From Heterodontus francisci (Eukaryota), in assembly GCF_036365525.1 (NCBI RefSeq), contig NC_090399.1, positions 50,190,430-50,254,429 on the forward strand: 64,000 nt of DNA. The letters run 5' to 3'. Below, piece after piece: positions 62,501-64,000 of this stretch; position 1 is the first letter of the stretch, and each line of letters opens with the position of its first letter. Position numbers and translations under genes: made by a program. A model generated the notes under the pieces. That model saw only the letters and a list, made by a program, of their open reading frames with translations, was not told the origin of the DNA and ran no database searches.

Positions 62501-64000
62501 AAGGGGATCCAGTATCAGATAGAAATGGGGGGTTAGAGTCACAGTCTGATCAGAGGGGAAAGGGGACCAACTATCAGATAGAAATGGGGGTTAGAGTCAC
62601 AGTCCGATCAGAGGGGAAAGGGGATCCGGTATCAGACAGAAATGGGGGTCAGTGTCAAAGTCTGATGAGAACGGAAAGGGGATCGAGTATCAGATAGAAA
62701 TGGGTGTCAGAATCACAGTCTGATCAGAGGGGAAAGGGGATCGAGTATCAGATAGAAATGGGGGGTTAGAGTCACAGTCTGATCAGAGGGGAAAGGGGAC
62801 CAACTATCAGATAGAAATGGGGGTTAGAGTCACAGTCCGATCAGAGGGGAAAGGGGATCCGGTATCAGACAGAAATGGGGGTCAGTGTCAAAGTCTGATG
62901 AGAACGGAAAGGTGATCGAGTATCAGATAGAAATGGGGGTTAGAGTCACAGACTGATCAGAGGGGAAAGGAGATCCAGTATCAGATAGAAATGGGGGTTA
63001 GTGTCACAGTCTGATGAGAACGGAAAGGGGATCGAGTATCAGATAGACATGGGGGTTAGAGTCACAGTCTGATCAGAGGGGAAAGGGGATCAAGTATCCG
63101 ATAGAAATGGGGGGGTCAGAGTCACAGTCTGATTAGAGGGGAAAGGGGATCCAGTATCAGATAGAAATGGGGGTTAGAGTCACAGACTGATCAGAGGGGA
63201 AAGGGGATCCAGTATCAGATAGAAATGGGGGTTAGAGTCACAGACTGATCAGAGGGGAAAGGAGATCCAGTATCAGATAGAAATGGGGGTTAGTGTCACA
63301 GTCTGATGAGAACGGAAAGGGGATCGAGTATCAGATAGAAATGGGGGGGTCAGAGTCACAGTCTGATTAGAGGGGAAAGGGGATCCAGTATCAGATAGAC
63401 ATGGGGGTTAGAGTCACAGTCTGATCAGAGGGGAAAGGGGATCAAGTATCCGATAGAAATGGGGGGGGGGCGGGTCAGAGTCACAGTCTGATTAGAGGGG
63501 AAAGGGGATCCAGTATCAGATAGACATGGGGGTTAGAGTCACAGTCTGATCAGAGTGGAAAGGGGATCAAGTATCCGATAGAAATGGGGGGTTAGAGTCA
63601 CAGTCTGATCAGAGGGGAAAGGGGATCCAGTATCAGATAGAAATGGGGGGTTAGTGTCACAGTCTGATCAGAGGGGAAAGGGGATCCAGTATCAGATAGA
63701 AATGGGGGTTAGAGTCACCGTCTGATCAGAGGGGAAAGGGGATCCAGTATCAGATAGAAATGGGGGGTTAGTGTCACAGTCTGATCAGAGGGGAAAGGGG
63801 ATCCACTATCAGATAGAAATGGGGGGTTAGAGTCACAGTCTGATCTGAGGGGAAAGGGGATCCAGTTTCGGATAGAAATGGGGGTTCGTGTCACAGTCCG
63901 ATCAGATGCAAAAGGGGTTCCAGTTTCAGATAGAAATGGGGGTTAGAGTCACAGTCTGATCAGAGGGGAAAGGGGATCGAGTATCAGATAGAAATGGGGG
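11522..64000 (+). repeat. 58-bp tandem satellite array, >52 kb, ~900 monomers, open at the right edge
   Basis: Consensus GATCAGAGGGGAAAGGGGATCCAGTATCAGATAGAAATGGGGGTTAGAGTCACAGTCT (58 nt; 57-59 nt with G-run slippage). Head-to-tail, one orientation, no interruptions seen. Confidence 0.99.

Noticed and set aside
11522-64000. CRISPR-like array
   Set aside because: There are no unique spacers (the whole unit repeats), no cas genes, and the context is vertebrate.
11522-64000. Array of V(D)J recombination signals (CACAGTC in each unit, perfect CACAGTG in some variants)
   Set aside because: At 12-bp spacing the nonamer position reads aaaggggat (best variant aaaaaggat) and at 23 bp agtatcaga. Both are poor matches to ACAAAAACC, and no V/D/J segments are adjacent. 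At most these are cryptic heptamers.
11522-64000. Immunoglobulin switch region or telomeric array
   Set aside because: It is G-rich but lacks the dense AGCT motifs of switch regions and has no Ig constant exons. TTAGGG occurs only as isolated variants, never in tandem.

Overview
Vertebrate genomic DNA, most likely a cartilaginous fish (shark-type CR1/HER1-like LINE 3' ends and a shark-type MHC class I gene). The only host-gene content I can support is two intact, in-phase exons of an MHC class I heavy-chain gene on the minus strand: alpha2 (5953-6228) and alpha3 (5551-5829). The alpha2 domain has lost both cysteines of the near-invariant C101-C164 disulfide and also Y159. It keeps the beta2m-contact and C-terminal anchor motifs, so it looks like a nonclassical class I molecule rather than a decayed copy. 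Downstream of these exons (1-5.5 kb) is a decayed PIF/Harbinger DNA transposon split by nested CR1 LINEs. Upstream are CR1 fragments, a short degenerate stretch of a 58-bp satellite, and a 5'-truncated SCAN-domain Gmr1-like Ty3/Gypsy element with one LTR. These are followed by more than 52 kb (~900 copies) of the same 58-bp G-rich satellite, which has multi-kb higher-order periods and runs off the window. I found no alpha1, leader or transmembrane exon. Either the satellite fills a giant alpha1-alpha2 intron or the gene is a fragment at a satellite boundary. All ORFs beyond 11.5 kb are chance readings of the satellite.
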